Shown piece by piece: positions 26,117 to 35,118 of a stretch of 51,489 bases of DNA; position 1 is the stretch's first letter; every line of letters begins with the position of its first letter. The notes beneath the pieces were generated by a model. It did no database searches. It worked only from the letters and a program-made list of their open reading frames with translations, and was not told the origin of the DNA. The DNA is from an uncultured Clostridia bacterium (GTDB taxonomy: Bacteria > Bacillota > Dehalobacteriia > UBA4068): positions 1-51,489 of the forward strand of contig CALXQC010000004.1 of NCBI GenBank assembly GCA_944390435.1, in the 5' to 3' direction. Made by a program: the position numbers and the translations under genes.

Positions 26117-27028
26117 TTATGGCACATACTTGGCTAAAAAATTCTCGACTGTTTGCCAATATAATTGCGGGGCGACTACTGAAGCCTTGCCATGATCTGC
26201 GCCTTCTATTACCAGCCGCTCCTTTTCGCATTGCGCGGCGCGGTACATTTCCTCCATCATCCAGACAGGCACCAGCCGATCGCTATCGCCGTGAATAAAG
26301 AGTATCGGCGTTGAAGAACGAGCTACCAGCTGGGCTATGGAATCATCCTTGCGCAGCCAATAACCATTGAAAATACGATTCCACAAGCTGGCGATATATA
26401 AAACAGGAAAAGTCGGCAGATGATAATTAGTGCGGAATAGATTGCTGAATTCCTGCCAAATCGAACTGTAGCCGCAGTCCTCGATAATCGCCTTGACATT
26501 ATCCGGCAGCCCATCTTCTCCGGCGCACATCATCACCGTAGCTCCGCCCATAGAAATACCGTGCAGAATAATGGGAGCGCCGGGATCGCGTTTTGACAGC
26601 TCCGCGAGCCACAGCAGCAAATCCTTGCGCTCATGCCAACCCATACCGATATACTTGCCCTCGCTTTTGCCATGGGCGCGAGCATCAACAAGTAAAACAT
26701 TATACCCCATCCGGGCATAGCGTTCGCCGAAAGGCGACATGCATTTAGCATTAGCAGTATAGCCGTGGCAGATTACCGCCCATTTGCCGCCGCCCTGATC
26801 AAATAAATAGCTATGCAACAGCAGACCTTCAGGAGAACTCAAATAAATATCCTCAACAGCTGCCGACTCCAGCCAGCTAGTATCGCGGCGAAAGGGCAGC
26901 TGGTTTTGTTTACGAACATTTTTGGGCAGGATATGCTGTCCGCCGCGCTTGATGCTCATATGAAAGGCCAAACCGCCGCAAACAACCATGCCAATCACTA
27001 TAATTGCCAGGATAATTACTACCGTCAT
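26117..27028 (-). CDS. Membrane-anchored alpha/beta hydrolase
   Basis: 303 aa. Has an N-terminal TM helix, the nucleophile elbow HGISMGG, and downstream D/H residues (HGDSDRLV ... ADHG). Confidence 0.85.
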   Translation of the reverse strand: MTVVIILAIIVIGMVVCGGLAFHMSIKRGGQHILPKNVRKQNQLPFRRDTSWLESAAVEDIYLSSPEGLLLHSYLFDQGGGKWAVICHGYTANAKCMSPFGERYARMGYNVLLVDARAHGKSEGKYIGMGWHERKDLLLWLAELSKRDPGAPIILHGISMGGATVMMCAGEDGLPDNVKAIIEDCGYSSIWQEFSNLFRTNYHLPTFPVLYIASLWNRIFNGYWLRKDDSIAQLVARSSTPILFIHGDSDRLVPVWMMEEMYRAAQCEKERLVIEGADHGKASVVAPQLYWQTVENFLAKYVP

Positions 27029-27068
27029 CTAACTCCCCTGCGTAATCATCTATCTATTATGCCGCTAA

Positions 27069-27554
27069 CTACCAGCGACGTTTAACCAGGCGTTCTAACC
27101 GGCGGGAAATATTTTTGGTTCCCCAAAACTCCTCGTCAGCGAGCTTCTCCGTCAGGATAGTGAACAGCCCGGCTCTATTACCGCCCCAGATATCAGTAAA
27201 AATCTGATCGCCGATCATCGCCAGATGCCGCGGCGGCAGCTGCAATAGCCGGCCCGCCCGCCGGAATCCGCAAGCGCGCGGCTTGCGGCTGTCGGACAGC
27301 ACCGGCACATCAAGCCATTCGCTAATCTGCGCGGTTTTTGCCTCCCCGCTGTTGGAGAGGATACATGCCTGAAATCCGTACTGCCGGACTTGCTCAAACC
27401 AGCGGATAATCTCATCGTTGGCAGCATATTGGTGCCAAGGAGTAATGGTATTATCCAAGTCAAAAATCAGCCCGCGGATTCCTTGATTCCATAACAGCGG
27501 CAAATCGATATCTTGAATACGCTCCACCCGCATATCGGGATCTAAGTTGCTCAT
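27069..27554 (-). CDS. YqeG-family HAD-IIIA phosphatase
   Basis: 161 aa. Carries LIFDLDNTITPW, ILSNSG and IGDQIFTDIWGGNRAG. It has a 4-nt overlap with the upstream gene. Confidence 0.85.
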   Translation of the reverse strand: MSNLDPDMRVERIQDIDLPLLWNQGIRGLIFDLDNTITPWHQYAANDEIIRWFEQVRQYGFQACILSNSGEAKTAQISEWLDVPVLSDSRKPRACGFRRAGRLLQLPPRHLAMIGDQIFTDIWGGNRAGLFTILTEKLADEEFWGTKNISRRLERLVKRRW

Positions 27555-28564
27555 TTTTCCACCCTGCTCAGCTCAAAAACTGCTCGCGTTTCGCCAACTT
27601 TATCGCCCTGGCAATTATAATTATCATAAGCGGAAAACCGTGCCAAACTTGCTTGCTCAGCGTCAGACAGCAGCTGCAGCTGCTGCAAAATCCGCATCAC
27701 CGCCAGCGGCATCGCCGCCATATTGCCGTCTTCCATTTTCAAGGCCAGCGCCAGGTCTTCGCCAAGTACCGCCGCGCAGTACACGCCGTCAGCGCCCAGC
27801 TTACCAATGATGCGGCCATGGGTCGCCAGCATTAATTCCGTGCAAAATCGGCCGTAGCCTGCCACCATCTGCGGATAGCGAGTCATGGCTTCGGTAATTC
27901 TGGAAGCTGCCATTGCCCGGCCGACCGGCAAAAACGTCGGGTTAGCTAAATTATGATAGGCCAAAGCCATCCTCGACAGAGGCATGGCAAAAACCGGCAC
28001 CCCGCAGCCGTCCACACCGATAGTCAGCTTGTCCGCCGGCAGTTCGGCGTATTTAGCCACGGTTTTGCGAATCAGCTGCTGCACTGGATGATCCGCCCGC
28101 TGATAATCATGATAATCCCAGCCCATATAACGGCAAATAGCCAGCATACAGGCATGTTTTCCGGAACAGTTATTAAAGATTTTCCGCGGCTCAATATGGG
28201 CGGCTAATCTTTGCCGGCGCAAATCTTCCGCAAAAGAGAGGTCGGCTCCCAGGGTATAATCAGCTTCGCTCAAGCCGATCTTCGCTAAAATCGCCTCTAA
28301 TACCTCGACATGGTATTGATCGCCGCTATGCGAGCCGCACATGATAGCCAGCTCTTCCTCGGTAAGCTTAAAATGATCGATAGCTCCGCATTCTACTGCT
28401 GCTGAAGCCTGCAGCGGCTTGGCGGTGCTGCGCATATAAGTAAAATAATCCGGGTCGCCGACTCGATATTGCAGCTGACCGCCCGCACCGACAATAGCTG
28501 CGTTGCCGCGGAGCAAATTTTCAGCTAGCGGACCGCGCCGGACTTCTACGAGAATCTCGCTCAT
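27551..28564 (-). CDS. Asparaginase (asparaginase II / AnsA-like family)
   Basis: 337 aa. Carries EVRRGPLAENLLRGNAAIV ... YMRSTAKPLQA ... CGSHSGDQYHVE ... NNCSGKHACML, a pattern I associate with the Rhizobium-type asparaginase II family. Confidence 0.75.
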   Translation of the reverse strand: MSEILVEVRRGPLAENLLRGNAAIVGAGGQLQYRVGDPDYFTYMRSTAKPLQASAAVECGAIDHFKLTEEELAIMCGSHSGDQYHVEVLEAILAKIGLSEADYTLGADLSFAEDLRRQRLAAHIEPRKIFNNCSGKHACMLAICRYMGWDYHDYQRADHPVQQLIRKTVAKYAELPADKLTIGVDGCGVPVFAMPLSRMALAYHNLANPTFLPVGRAMAASRITEAMTRYPQMVAGYGRFCTELMLATHGRIIGKLGADGVYCAAVLGEDLALALKMEDGNMAAMPLAVMRILQQLQLLSDAEQASLARFSAYDNYNCQGDKVGETRAVFELSRVEK

Positions 28565-28585
28565 CTCAATGCTCCTTTGCTAAGA

Positions 28586-28609
28586 TAATCCGCAGAAGGC
28601 TGCGGATTA
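28586..28609 (-). terminator. Weak terminator-like hairpin after sigK
   Basis: TAATCCGCAG-cctt-CTGCGGATTA on the minus strand, with a poor U-tract. Confidence 0.4.
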
Positions 28610-28698
28610 CCAATGCCATCAAGCGTTCTTTTATGTTTTACCGGAAACTGATGCTTATATAGTGTTGAGTTTCTCCATATTTATGTATTTATCCTGCC

Positions 28699-29352
28699 TT
28701 ATTTGCTGCCGCTAATAGCCCGGGTCAGCTTTTGCACCGCCTTTTTCTCAATGCGGCTGACATAGGAGCGAGAGATGCCCAGCTGTTTGGCGATTTCTTT
28801 TTGGGTGCGCCGACGGCTATCGCCCAACCCGTAACGCAGCTTAAGCACAAAGCTTTCTTTATCATCCAAGACATGAAGATGCTCGCGCAGCAGACGCCGT
28901 TCCTCATCCAGTTCCACCTGCTCTTCGGCGCTGGTTTCCCGGCTGCCCAGAATATCCATCAGCGTCACCTCATTACCTTCTTTATCAACGCCGACCGGAT
29001 CGTAGAGGGAAACTTCTGTCTTTTGATTGCGGATCGAGCGCAGATGCATCAAAATCTCATTTTCGATGCAGCGGGCGGCGTAAGTCGCCAAACGGGTCTT
29101 CCTTTCCAAAGAAAAGGTGTTGACACCTTTAATCAGGCCGATAATCCCAATAGAAATCAGATCGTCGCGGTCTACGCCGCTGCTCTCAAATTTCTTGCAG
29201 ATATGCGCGACCAAACGCAAATTATGAATAATCAAAATTTGTTTGGCTTCTTCGCTGCCGGCTGCCAAAGCTTGCAGATTTGCCGCCTCTTCCGCCTCGC
29301 TCAACAGCGGAGGAAAGACGCTGTTATGCAAATAGCCCAAAAAGAATCCCAT
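28699..29352 (-). CDS. sigK: Sporulation sigma factor SigK (uninterrupted)
   Basis: HNLRLVAHICKKFE, LATYAARCIENEILMHLR, VSLYDPVGVDKEGNEVTLMDIL and ISRSYVSRIEKKA match B. subtilis SigK better than SigE. I prefer the ATG at 29352 (MGFFLGYLHNSVFPPLLS). The track start is a TTG at 29376 with no SD. Confidence 0.9.
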   Translation of the reverse strand: MGFFLGYLHNSVFPPLLSEAEEAANLQALAAGSEEAKQILIIHNLRLVAHICKKFESSGVDRDDLISIGIIGLIKGVNTFSLERKTRLATYAARCIENEILMHLRSIRNQKTEVSLYDPVGVDKEGNEVTLMDILGSRETSAEEQVELDEERRLLREHLHVLDDKESFVLKLRYGLGDSRRRTQKEIAKQLGISRSYVSRIEKKAVQKLTRAISGSK

Positions 29353-29393
29353 ATGATATACCACTCTTTTTGACAATGTTGGTATATCATATG
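29350..29393. repeat. Perfect 14-bp inverted repeat spanning the sigK -10 box and start codon
   Basis: CATATGATATACCA (29350-29363) and TGGTATATCATATG (29380-29393) are separated by 16 nt. Confidence 0.9.
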
Positions 29394-29411
29394 CAAAATA
29401 CCGCCTATGGT
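29385..29411 (-). promoter_or_regulatory. Candidate SigE/SigK-type promoter of sigK
   Basis: Minus strand reads AC-16 nt-CATATGATA, which fits the remembered SigK consensus AC-N16/17-CATANNNTA. The -10 lies 32 nt upstream of ATG 29352. Confidence 0.4.
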
Positions 29412-29446
29412 GCTTGTATCTGCGCTTTTATTCCGCGCCGCTGCTA

Positions 29447-31108
29447 TTAGTCGGAGGATAGTCCCTCCAAAATCGCTATTGCGTCAATGATCTTGCTAAA
29501 AACCGCCGCCGCCTCGGCGCTGCTGCCGCCGTCGCTTAGATAAACCGAAACCACCCATCGCGGTTCAGCTGCTGGAGCAAAACCGCTGAACCAAACTCCC
29601 GCATCTTCGCTGGTGCCGGTCTTGCCCGCGCTATCGGTGGTGCTGCCGGCTGCCGCGACTCCCGTACCGGAGCTGACGGTAAGAGTCAGCATTTCCCGAA
29701 GCGCAGCCGCTGTTTCCGCCGCGATAGTGCGCTGCTTATCAGCTGAGGGGAATTCCTCTAAAATATGGCGGTCTTGATCGTAAACGCACTGAACCAGCCG
29801 CGGCGTCAGCAAATAACCTCCATTGGCGCAGACCGCCATCATCACTGCCGACTGCAAAGGAGTGATCCGCACGCCGCTCTCGCCGATCGAAACATTGGCA
29901 ATATCGCCGGCAATCTCCGCGGAAAAATCGAGATAACTGCTATCGGCGAACTCATAGCCGATAATGCTCTGTCCATCTAAACCGAAACGCGCCGCATAAT
30001 CGATAATCATCTCGCCGCCCATCGCCAATCCTAAGCCGACAAAATAGCAGTTGCAAGATTCCGCCAAGGCTGACGCTAAATCCAGCTGGCCATGACCCTC
30101 GTCAAGCCAGCAGCCGACATCATAACCCTCGGCTAAACTATAAGCCCCGTCGCAGATAAATTCCGCCGCGGCAGAACTGGCATCCGCAGATCCGCCATCT
30201 TCTGGCAGCGGAGACAAGTTGTTTTCCCAAGCCGCTGCCGCCAGAACGACTTTAAAAGTCGAAGCAGGAGGATAGGCGGAAAAGGCCTTATTAACATATA
30301 CGTCATCTGCCGGCAGTGGCTCCCAAGAATAAGGATCATAGCTTGGCGAAGAAACCGCTGCCAAAATATCTCCATTATCCGGATCGAGAATGACACAGGC
30401 TCCGGCCTGATCGCCGAGCGCCTGTTCGGCGATCTGTTGATAATCAAGATTAATCGTCAGCTGCACATTATTGCAGCGAAACTGCTGCGGATCAGTCACA
30501 TAGAACTGCTCTGCCGAAAGATTGCCTTCAGCATCGACAAAAGCCGTCACCTGCTGATCTTGCCGTCCGCTAAGATAATCATCGTACTGGTATTCCAGAC
30601 CGCTGGCGCCATGATACTCTCCATCTTGCTCCGTTACTGTGCCTAGCAGATGACTGGCAGTATGATCGGAGCGGTAACGGGCAGCTAAAGGCAGCGCCAG
30701 CACGCCGCGGATCTGGCCGCTTTCGATAGCCGCGGTCTGTTCGGCAGACAAACCTGTTTTGAATACATAGGGCTCAATGCTGCGGTTATTCTCATCAGTT
30801 AAGCGGCGGCACAACAAATCTTCATCCAGCGCCAGCAGCTCCGCCAAAGCAGCCGCGGTTTGTTCCGGATCAGCGATCATCGCCGGAAAAACCACTAAAC
30901 AACTTTCCTCATGGCTGGTCAGCGGCCGCCCCAAAGCATCATAAAAATCGCCCCGGGCATACTGATAATAATCCAGACTGCGCGTGCGCTGCTGTTCGGC
31001 TATGGTCTGCAGCTCTTCGCCCTCTATCAAAGTTAGGTAAGCCAGCCGCCCCACGATCACAGCCAGCAGCAGCAAAAAAATCAGCCCCACCGTCCAATAT
31101 CTGCGCAT
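29447..31108 (-). CDS. Class B penicillin-binding protein (FtsI/SpoVD/PBP2 family transpeptidase)
   Basis: 553 aa. Has an N-terminal TM anchor and the motifs ASTFK (SxxK), SCN (SxN) and KTGT. There is no PASTA domain. Confidence 0.9.
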   Translation of the reverse strand: MRRYWTVGLIFLLLLAVIVGRLAYLTLIEGEELQTIAEQQRTRSLDYYQYARGDFYDALGRPLTSHEESCLVVFPAMIADPEQTAAALAELLALDEDLLCRRLTDENNRSIEPYVFKTGLSAEQTAAIESGQIRGVLALPLAARYRSDHTASHLLGTVTEQDGEYHGASGLEYQYDDYLSGRQDQQVTAFVDAEGNLSAEQFYVTDPQQFRCNNVQLTINLDYQQIAEQALGDQAGACVILDPDNGDILAAVSSPSYDPYSWEPLPADDVYVNKAFSAYPPASTFKVVLAAAAWENNLSPLPEDGGSADASSAAAEFICDGAYSLAEGYDVGCWLDEGHGQLDLASALAESCNCYFVGLGLAMGGEMIIDYAARFGLDGQSIIGYEFADSSYLDFSAEIAGDIANVSIGESGVRITPLQSAVMMAVCANGGYLLTPRLVQCVYDQDRHILEEFPSADKQRTIAAETAAALREMLTLTVSSGTGVAAAGSTTDSAGKTGTSEDAGVWFSGFAPAAEPRWVVSVYLSDGGSSAEAAAVFSKIIDAIAILEGLSSD

Positions 31109-31111
31109 AAC

Positions 31112-31154
31112 AAAACCTCCCGTTGGCTTTAGTATAGACCAAACGGGAGGTTTT
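31112..31154 (-). terminator. Terminator hairpin after metK, overlapping the PBP SD
   Basis: Minus strand reads AAAACCTCCCGTT-17 nt loop-AACGGGAGGTTTT then GTTATG. The 3' arm contains the GGGAGG SD of the PBP gene. Confidence 0.55.
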
Positions 31155-31190
31155 ATATTCTTTGCTTATGCCTTTGCGCCGGAGAACAGC

Positions 31191-32375
31191 TTATTTAGCA
31201 AAATAGCGCTGCAATTCCTCAGCTTTATCGGTCTGCTCCCAGGGCATATCAATAGTATTGAAACCAAAATGACCAAAAGCTGCGGTGCGCTGGTAAATCG
31301 GCCGGCGCAAATTGAAATTAGCGATAATCGCAGCCGGACGGGCATCAAAAATCTGCGCCACCGCCTGGCATAATTCTTCCTCAGGCACTCTGCCGGTACC
31401 GAAAGTATCCACACGGATCGATACCGGTTCCGCCACGCCGATAGCATAAGCCAGCTGCAGCTCGCAGCGCTTTGCCAGACCTGCCGCAACAATATTCTTG
31501 GCAACCCAGCGTGCCGCATATGCCGCCGAGCGGTCCACCTTGGTCGGATCCTTGCCGGAAAAAGCGCCGCCGCCATGACGCGCCATCCCGCCATAAGTAT
31601 CAACAATGATCTTGCGTCCGGTCAAGCCGGTATCGCCCTGAGGACCGCCAATCACAAAACGGCCGGTAGGATTGATCAGATAACGGGTATTTTCATCAAT
31701 CAGCCGCTCCGGCAAAGTAGTTTTGATCACTCTCTCGATAATATACGGCCGCAACTCATCCAAGGAAGCCTCGGCGCGATGCTGCACCGAAATAACCACC
31801 GTATCAATGCGGCGGGGCTGGTTATTATCATCATACTCTACAGTCACCTGGCTTTTGCCGTCCGGCAATAACAGCGAATTAGGATCACTGCGCCTGACCT
31901 CAGACAGTTTCTTGGTCAGCCGGTGCGCCAGGCTGATCGGCAGAGGCATCAGCTCCTCGGTCTCATCACAGGCATAGCCGAACATCATGCCTTGATCGCC
32001 GGCGCCGATCTGCGAAAAGGCATCGGTATTGCCTTGCTTATTTTCGAGCGCCTTATCAACGCCCATCGCGATATCACTGGACTGTTCATCGATAGCGGTC
32101 ATCACTGCGCAGGTATCGCAGTCAAAGCCGTACTTGGCCCGAGTATAGCCGATGCCGCGAATTGTCTCGCGCACTACATGCGGTATATCTACGTAGCATT
32201 CGGTAGTGATCTCGCCGGAGACGAATACTAAACCGGTGGTAACAAAAGTTTCGCAGGCAACCCTGCCATTAGGATCTTTTTTCAATATAGCATCCAAAAT
32301 AGCGTCGGAAATTTGATCCGCCATTTTATCAGGATGGCCTTCAGTAACTGATTCTGAAGTGAATAATTTGCTCAT
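31191..32375 (-). CDS. metK: S-adenosylmethionine synthase
   Basis: 394 aa. Carries [38 protein letters not shown] and [16 protein letters not shown]. Confidence 0.98.
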   Translation of the reverse strand: MSKLFTSESVTEGHPDKMADQISDAILDAILKKDPNGRVACETFVTTGLVFVSGEITTECYVDIPHVVRETIRGIGYTRAKYGFDCDTCAVMTAIDEQSSDIAMGVDKALENKQGNTDAFSQIGAGDQGMMFGYACDETEELMPLPISLAHRLTKKLSEVRRSDPNSLLLPDGKSQVTVEYDDNNQPRRIDTVVISVQHRAEASLDELRPYIIERVIKTTLPERLIDENTRYLINPTGRFVIGGPQGDTGLTGRKIIVDTYGGMARHGGGAFSGKDPTKVDRSAAYAARWVAKNIVAAGLAKRCELQLAYAIGVAEPVSIRVDTFGTGRVPEEELCQAVAQIFDARPAAIIANFNLRRPIYQRTAAFGHFGFNTIDMPWEQTDKAEELQRYFAK

Positions 32376-32395
32376 GCTTCTCTCCTTCCTAGCGC

Positions 32396-33571
32396 TTATT
32401 TATCCCGTTGATCAAGCAGCTCGGCTACTAAAGCGATAATTTGTTCCGCCGCCGCTTTTTTACTCATTTTCGGGAAATATTCAATATTATCAGCAGTAAC
32501 CGCGGTCAGGATATTGGTGTCCACATCAAAGCCCGCGCCTTCCTGCGATACATTATTGGCTAATACTAAATCAAGATTTTTCTCGGCCAGCTTGCCTTTA
32601 GCGTACTGCTCCAGATTATCGGTCTCAGCAGCAAAGCCGACCAGCAGCCGGCCGCCCTTCTGCCGGCCCAATCCGGCCAAGATATCTGGCGTCAGCACCA
32701 TATCCAGCTGGCGTTGCGCCAGCCCTTTTTTCAGTTTATGATCCACGGCCTGCTGCGGGCGGTAATCAGCCACCGCGGCAGCCATGATCACGATATCTGC
32801 ATCGCCGTACTCCTCCGCGATCGCCGCCTCCATCTCCGCAGCTGAAACCACATGCTTAACGCGGATGCCATGCGGGTCGCCCAGCGCTACCGGACCGGCA
32901 ACCAAAACCACTTCCGCGCCGGCAGCTGCCGCAGCCTCAGCCACGGCATATCCCATCTTGCCGCTGCCGCGAGTACCGACAAAGCTCACCGAATCAATAA
33001 ATTCATAAGTAGGGCCGGCAGAGACGATTACCTTTTTACCCTCCAGGCGCTGCGAACGGCGGAAAAATTCCATGATCGCCGTCTCAATCTGTGCATCATC
33101 TACCAGCCGCCCCGAGCTTTGGGCAACTACTGTCCAGCCGCGCTGCTGTAGCAGCTGCAGATTGCTCTGGGTAGCCGGATTTTCATACATATGCACATTC
33201 ATAGAGGGGAAGCACAGCACCGGCGCATGATTGGCCACCAAAGAAGCTGATACGATTTCATCGGCGATACCATGGGCGGCTTTAGCTAAAATATTAGCAG
33301 TAGCCGGCAGCAGGATATAGAGATCGCACTCAGCCAGCGCAATATGCGGCGAAGCCTTCCATCTGCCGGAGGAGTCCATCACCTCAGTCGCTACCGGGTT
33401 CCCGGATAGCACTTGCAGCATCAGAGGCGACATCAACTGGCAGGCAGAAGCGGTCATCGCTACCTGAACCTGAGCACCGGCGGATTTCAGCCAGCCGATA
33501 ATATCCGCCGCCTTATATGCAGTAAAACCGCCAGTAATCCCGACGGTAATTTTTTTCCCTTCTAAAATCAT
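32396..33571 (-). CDS. coaBC: Bifunctional phosphopantothenoylcysteine decarboxylase / phosphopantothenate-cysteine ligase
   Basis: Has a flavoprotein N-domain ([16 protein letters not shown]) and a CoaB C-domain ([25 protein letters not shown]). The ATG at 33571 is preceded by GGGAG. The track ORF starts 6 codons earlier. Confidence 0.95.
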   Translation of the reverse strand: MILEGKKITVGITGGFTAYKAADIIGWLKSAGAQVQVAMTASACQLMSPLMLQVLSGNPVATEVMDSSGRWKASPHIALAECDLYILLPATANILAKAAHGIADEIVSASLVANHAPVLCFPSMNVHMYENPATQSNLQLLQQRGWTVVAQSSGRLVDDAQIETAIMEFFRRSQRLEGKKVIVSAGPTYEFIDSVSFVGTRGSGKMGYAVAEAAAAAGAEVVLVAGPVALGDPHGIRVKHVVSAAEMEAAIAEEYGDADIVIMAAAVADYRPQQAVDHKLKKGLAQRQLDMVLTPDILAGLGRQKGGRLLVGFAAETDNLEQYAKGKLAEKNLDLVLANNVSQEGAGFDVDTNILTAVTADNIEYFPKMSKKAAAEQIIALVAELLDQRDK

Positions 33572-33640
33572 TATTTCTCCCCAGGTCAATTTTCCCTTAA
33601 GCCAGCGATAGCGCTGCCGCGTAATGGAGCCGGTTTCCGC

Positions 33641-33847
33641 TTATCTAGCGGGAGCGTCCATGGTCCAAGTTAGTTTACCGTCCGCGACCTCACGCAGCGC
33701 TACGGAAACAGCATTGAAATTAGCTGCGTCAGCCAGCTCGGGATTATTCTCAATAATAGCTCTGGCGCGTTTAGCAGCCAAAATCACCAAAGTATATTTA
33801 GAATCTACTTTAGGCATCAATTCCCTCAGTGACGGTTTGTTCAGCAA
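33641..33847 (-). CDS. rpoZ: RNA polymerase omega subunit
   Basis: KVDSKYTLVILAAKRARAI is the RpoZ core. I prefer the TTG start at 33847 (AGGAGG SD at 6-nt spacing), which gives 68 aa. The track ATG at 33874 has no SD. Confidence 0.9.
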   Translation of the reverse strand: MLNKPSLRELMPKVDSKYTLVILAAKRARAIIENNPELADAANFNAVSVALREVADGKLTWTMDAPAR

Positions 33848-33899
33848 AGGTACTCCTCCTTCAATTAAGCACAACAGCCAAGGCCTGCCGCATCGATTA

Positions 33900-34484
33900 T
33901 CAACGCGGCCGACGCTCGGCTTTTACTTGGGCGATAATATCCAATACAGCGTCGGCAGTCTCCTCAATATCGTTATTGACGATACTATAGTCGTACTGCT
34001 CCGCCAGTCTAATCTCCTGCTCTGCCTGCGAAAGACGAATGGCGCGCATCTCTTCGGTTTCAGACCCACGAGCAGTTATCCGCCTTTCCAACTCGGCAAA
34101 AGAAGGTGGCAGGATAAAAATAGAAACGCCTTCGGGGCAAACGGTGCGAACCTGGTTTGCCCCTTGGGTGTCTATATCAAGTAATACATTTTTTCCTTCG
34201 TGCAACAGCCTCTGAATCTCCGCCACCGGCGTACCGTAATAATTGCCAAAAACCTCCGCCCACTCTAAAAAATCACCGTGGTCAATCTTAAGCAAAAATT
34301 CTTCCTTGCTGATAAAATAGTAATCTTTGCCGTCGATTTCGCCACGCCGCGGCGAGCGCGTAGTGGCAGAAACGGAAAAAACAGTATTCGGGTCTTTGGC
34401 GATTAGAGCTGCGCAAACAGAGCCTTTTCCTACTCCGGAAGGACCGGAAATAATCAATAGAACTCCATCATTTGCCTTGCTCAT
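33900..34484 (-). CDS. gmk: Guanylate kinase
   Basis: 194 aa. Carries [32 protein letters not shown] and LLDIDTQGA. Confidence 0.97.
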   Translation of the reverse strand: MSKANDGVLLIISGPSGVGKGSVCAALIAKDPNTVFSVSATTRSPRRGEIDGKDYYFISKEEFLLKIDHGDFLEWAEVFGNYYGTPVAEIQRLLHEGKNVLLDIDTQGANQVRTVCPEGVSIFILPPSFAELERRITARGSETEEMRAIRLSQAEQEIRLAEQYDYSIVNNDIEETADAVLDIIAQVKAERRPR

Positions 34485-34758
34485 TTACCCGCTCCCCGCA
34501 ATGACGTCTTGCGTAATCAAAACGAGTGCTGATCGTTTCCGGTAAAAGGGCTGAGAGAACAAGATGATTGCTATCGATAACAATGATTGAACGAGTGCGT
34601 CTGCCGCAGGTAGCATCAATCAGCAAGCTATTATCCCGGGCATAAGCAATCAGCCTTTTACTGGGAGCGGAATCAGGCGCTACAATAGCGATGATTCTGG
34701 AAGCTGAAACCAAATTACCATATCCAATATTTATTAGATCGATAGGCATAGTCAACAC
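34468..34758 (-). CDS. remA: RemA/YlzA (DUF370) regulator
   Basis: 96 aa. Carries [30 protein letters not shown] ... [26 protein letters not shown]. Its 3' end overlaps gmk by 17 nt. Confidence 0.9.
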   Translation of the reverse strand: MLTMPIDLINIGYGNLVSASRIIAIVAPDSAPSKRLIAYARDNSLLIDATCGRRTRSIIVIDSNHLVLSALLPETISTRFDYARRHCGERVNEQGK

Positions 34759-34788
34759 CTAGTTAAGCCATACAAGGCTGATTATAAT

Positions 34789-35097
34789 TTAGGACAATTT
34801 TTCCAGCAGCTGGGCTTTTTGTCTGCTGCCTAATCCCTGGACACGACGAGCTTCATCGATACCGATCTCTTCCATCAGTTTAGCGGCAGTAATTTTGCCG
34901 ACCTGAGGAAGGCTCTCGAGCAAATATTTCACTCTCATTTTAGCATAGATTTCATTATCAGCATCATTGAGAACTTTCTCCAGGGAAAGTTTACCGGCTT
35001 TGAGCTGTTTACGAACTTCCATGCGTTCAGAACGGATCTTCTGAGCCTTTGCCAGTGCTTTGCTTCTTTCTTCAGGGGTTAGTTTTGGAATAGCCAT
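34789..35097 (-). CDS. mihF: Integration host factor, actinobacterial mIHF (MihF) type
   Basis: 102 aa. MAIPKLTPEERSKALAKAQKIRSERMEVRKQLKAGKLSLEKVL ... KMRVKYLLESLPQVGKITAAKLMEEIGIDEARRVQGLGSRQKAQLLEKL aligns almost position for position with mycobacterial mIHF as I remember it. Confidence 0.85.
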   Translation of the reverse strand: MAIPKLTPEERSKALAKAQKIRSERMEVRKQLKAGKLSLEKVLNDADNEIYAKMRVKYLLESLPQVGKITAAKLMEEIGIDEARRVQGLGSRQKAQLLEKLS

Positions 35098-35118
35098 AAT
35101 AAAGATACCTCCATAAAT

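Noticed and set aside
28732-29373. 213-aa plus-strand ORF opposite sigK.
   Set aside because: sigK is identified with high confidence on the minus strand, and the antisense product has no motifs. It is a shadow ORF.
28699-29376. I checked sigK for interruption by a skin-like element or truncation.
   Set aside because: Regions 2 through 4 are contiguous in one ORF, from HNLRLVAH to ISRSYVSRIEKKA. The gene is intact.
31166-31606. 146-aa minus-strand ORF overlapping metK in another frame, plus similar out-of-frame ORFs such as 40193-40561, 27215-27463 and 8685-9035.
   Set aside because: Each is nested within a confidently identified gene on the same strand in a different frame. They are Arg/Cys/Trp-rich and lack SDs, so they are frame artefacts.
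32376-32395. I looked for a SAM (S-box) riboswitch upstream of metK.
   Set aside because: Only 20 nt separate the coaBC stop from the metK ATG, and they contain just an SD. No riboswitch can fit.
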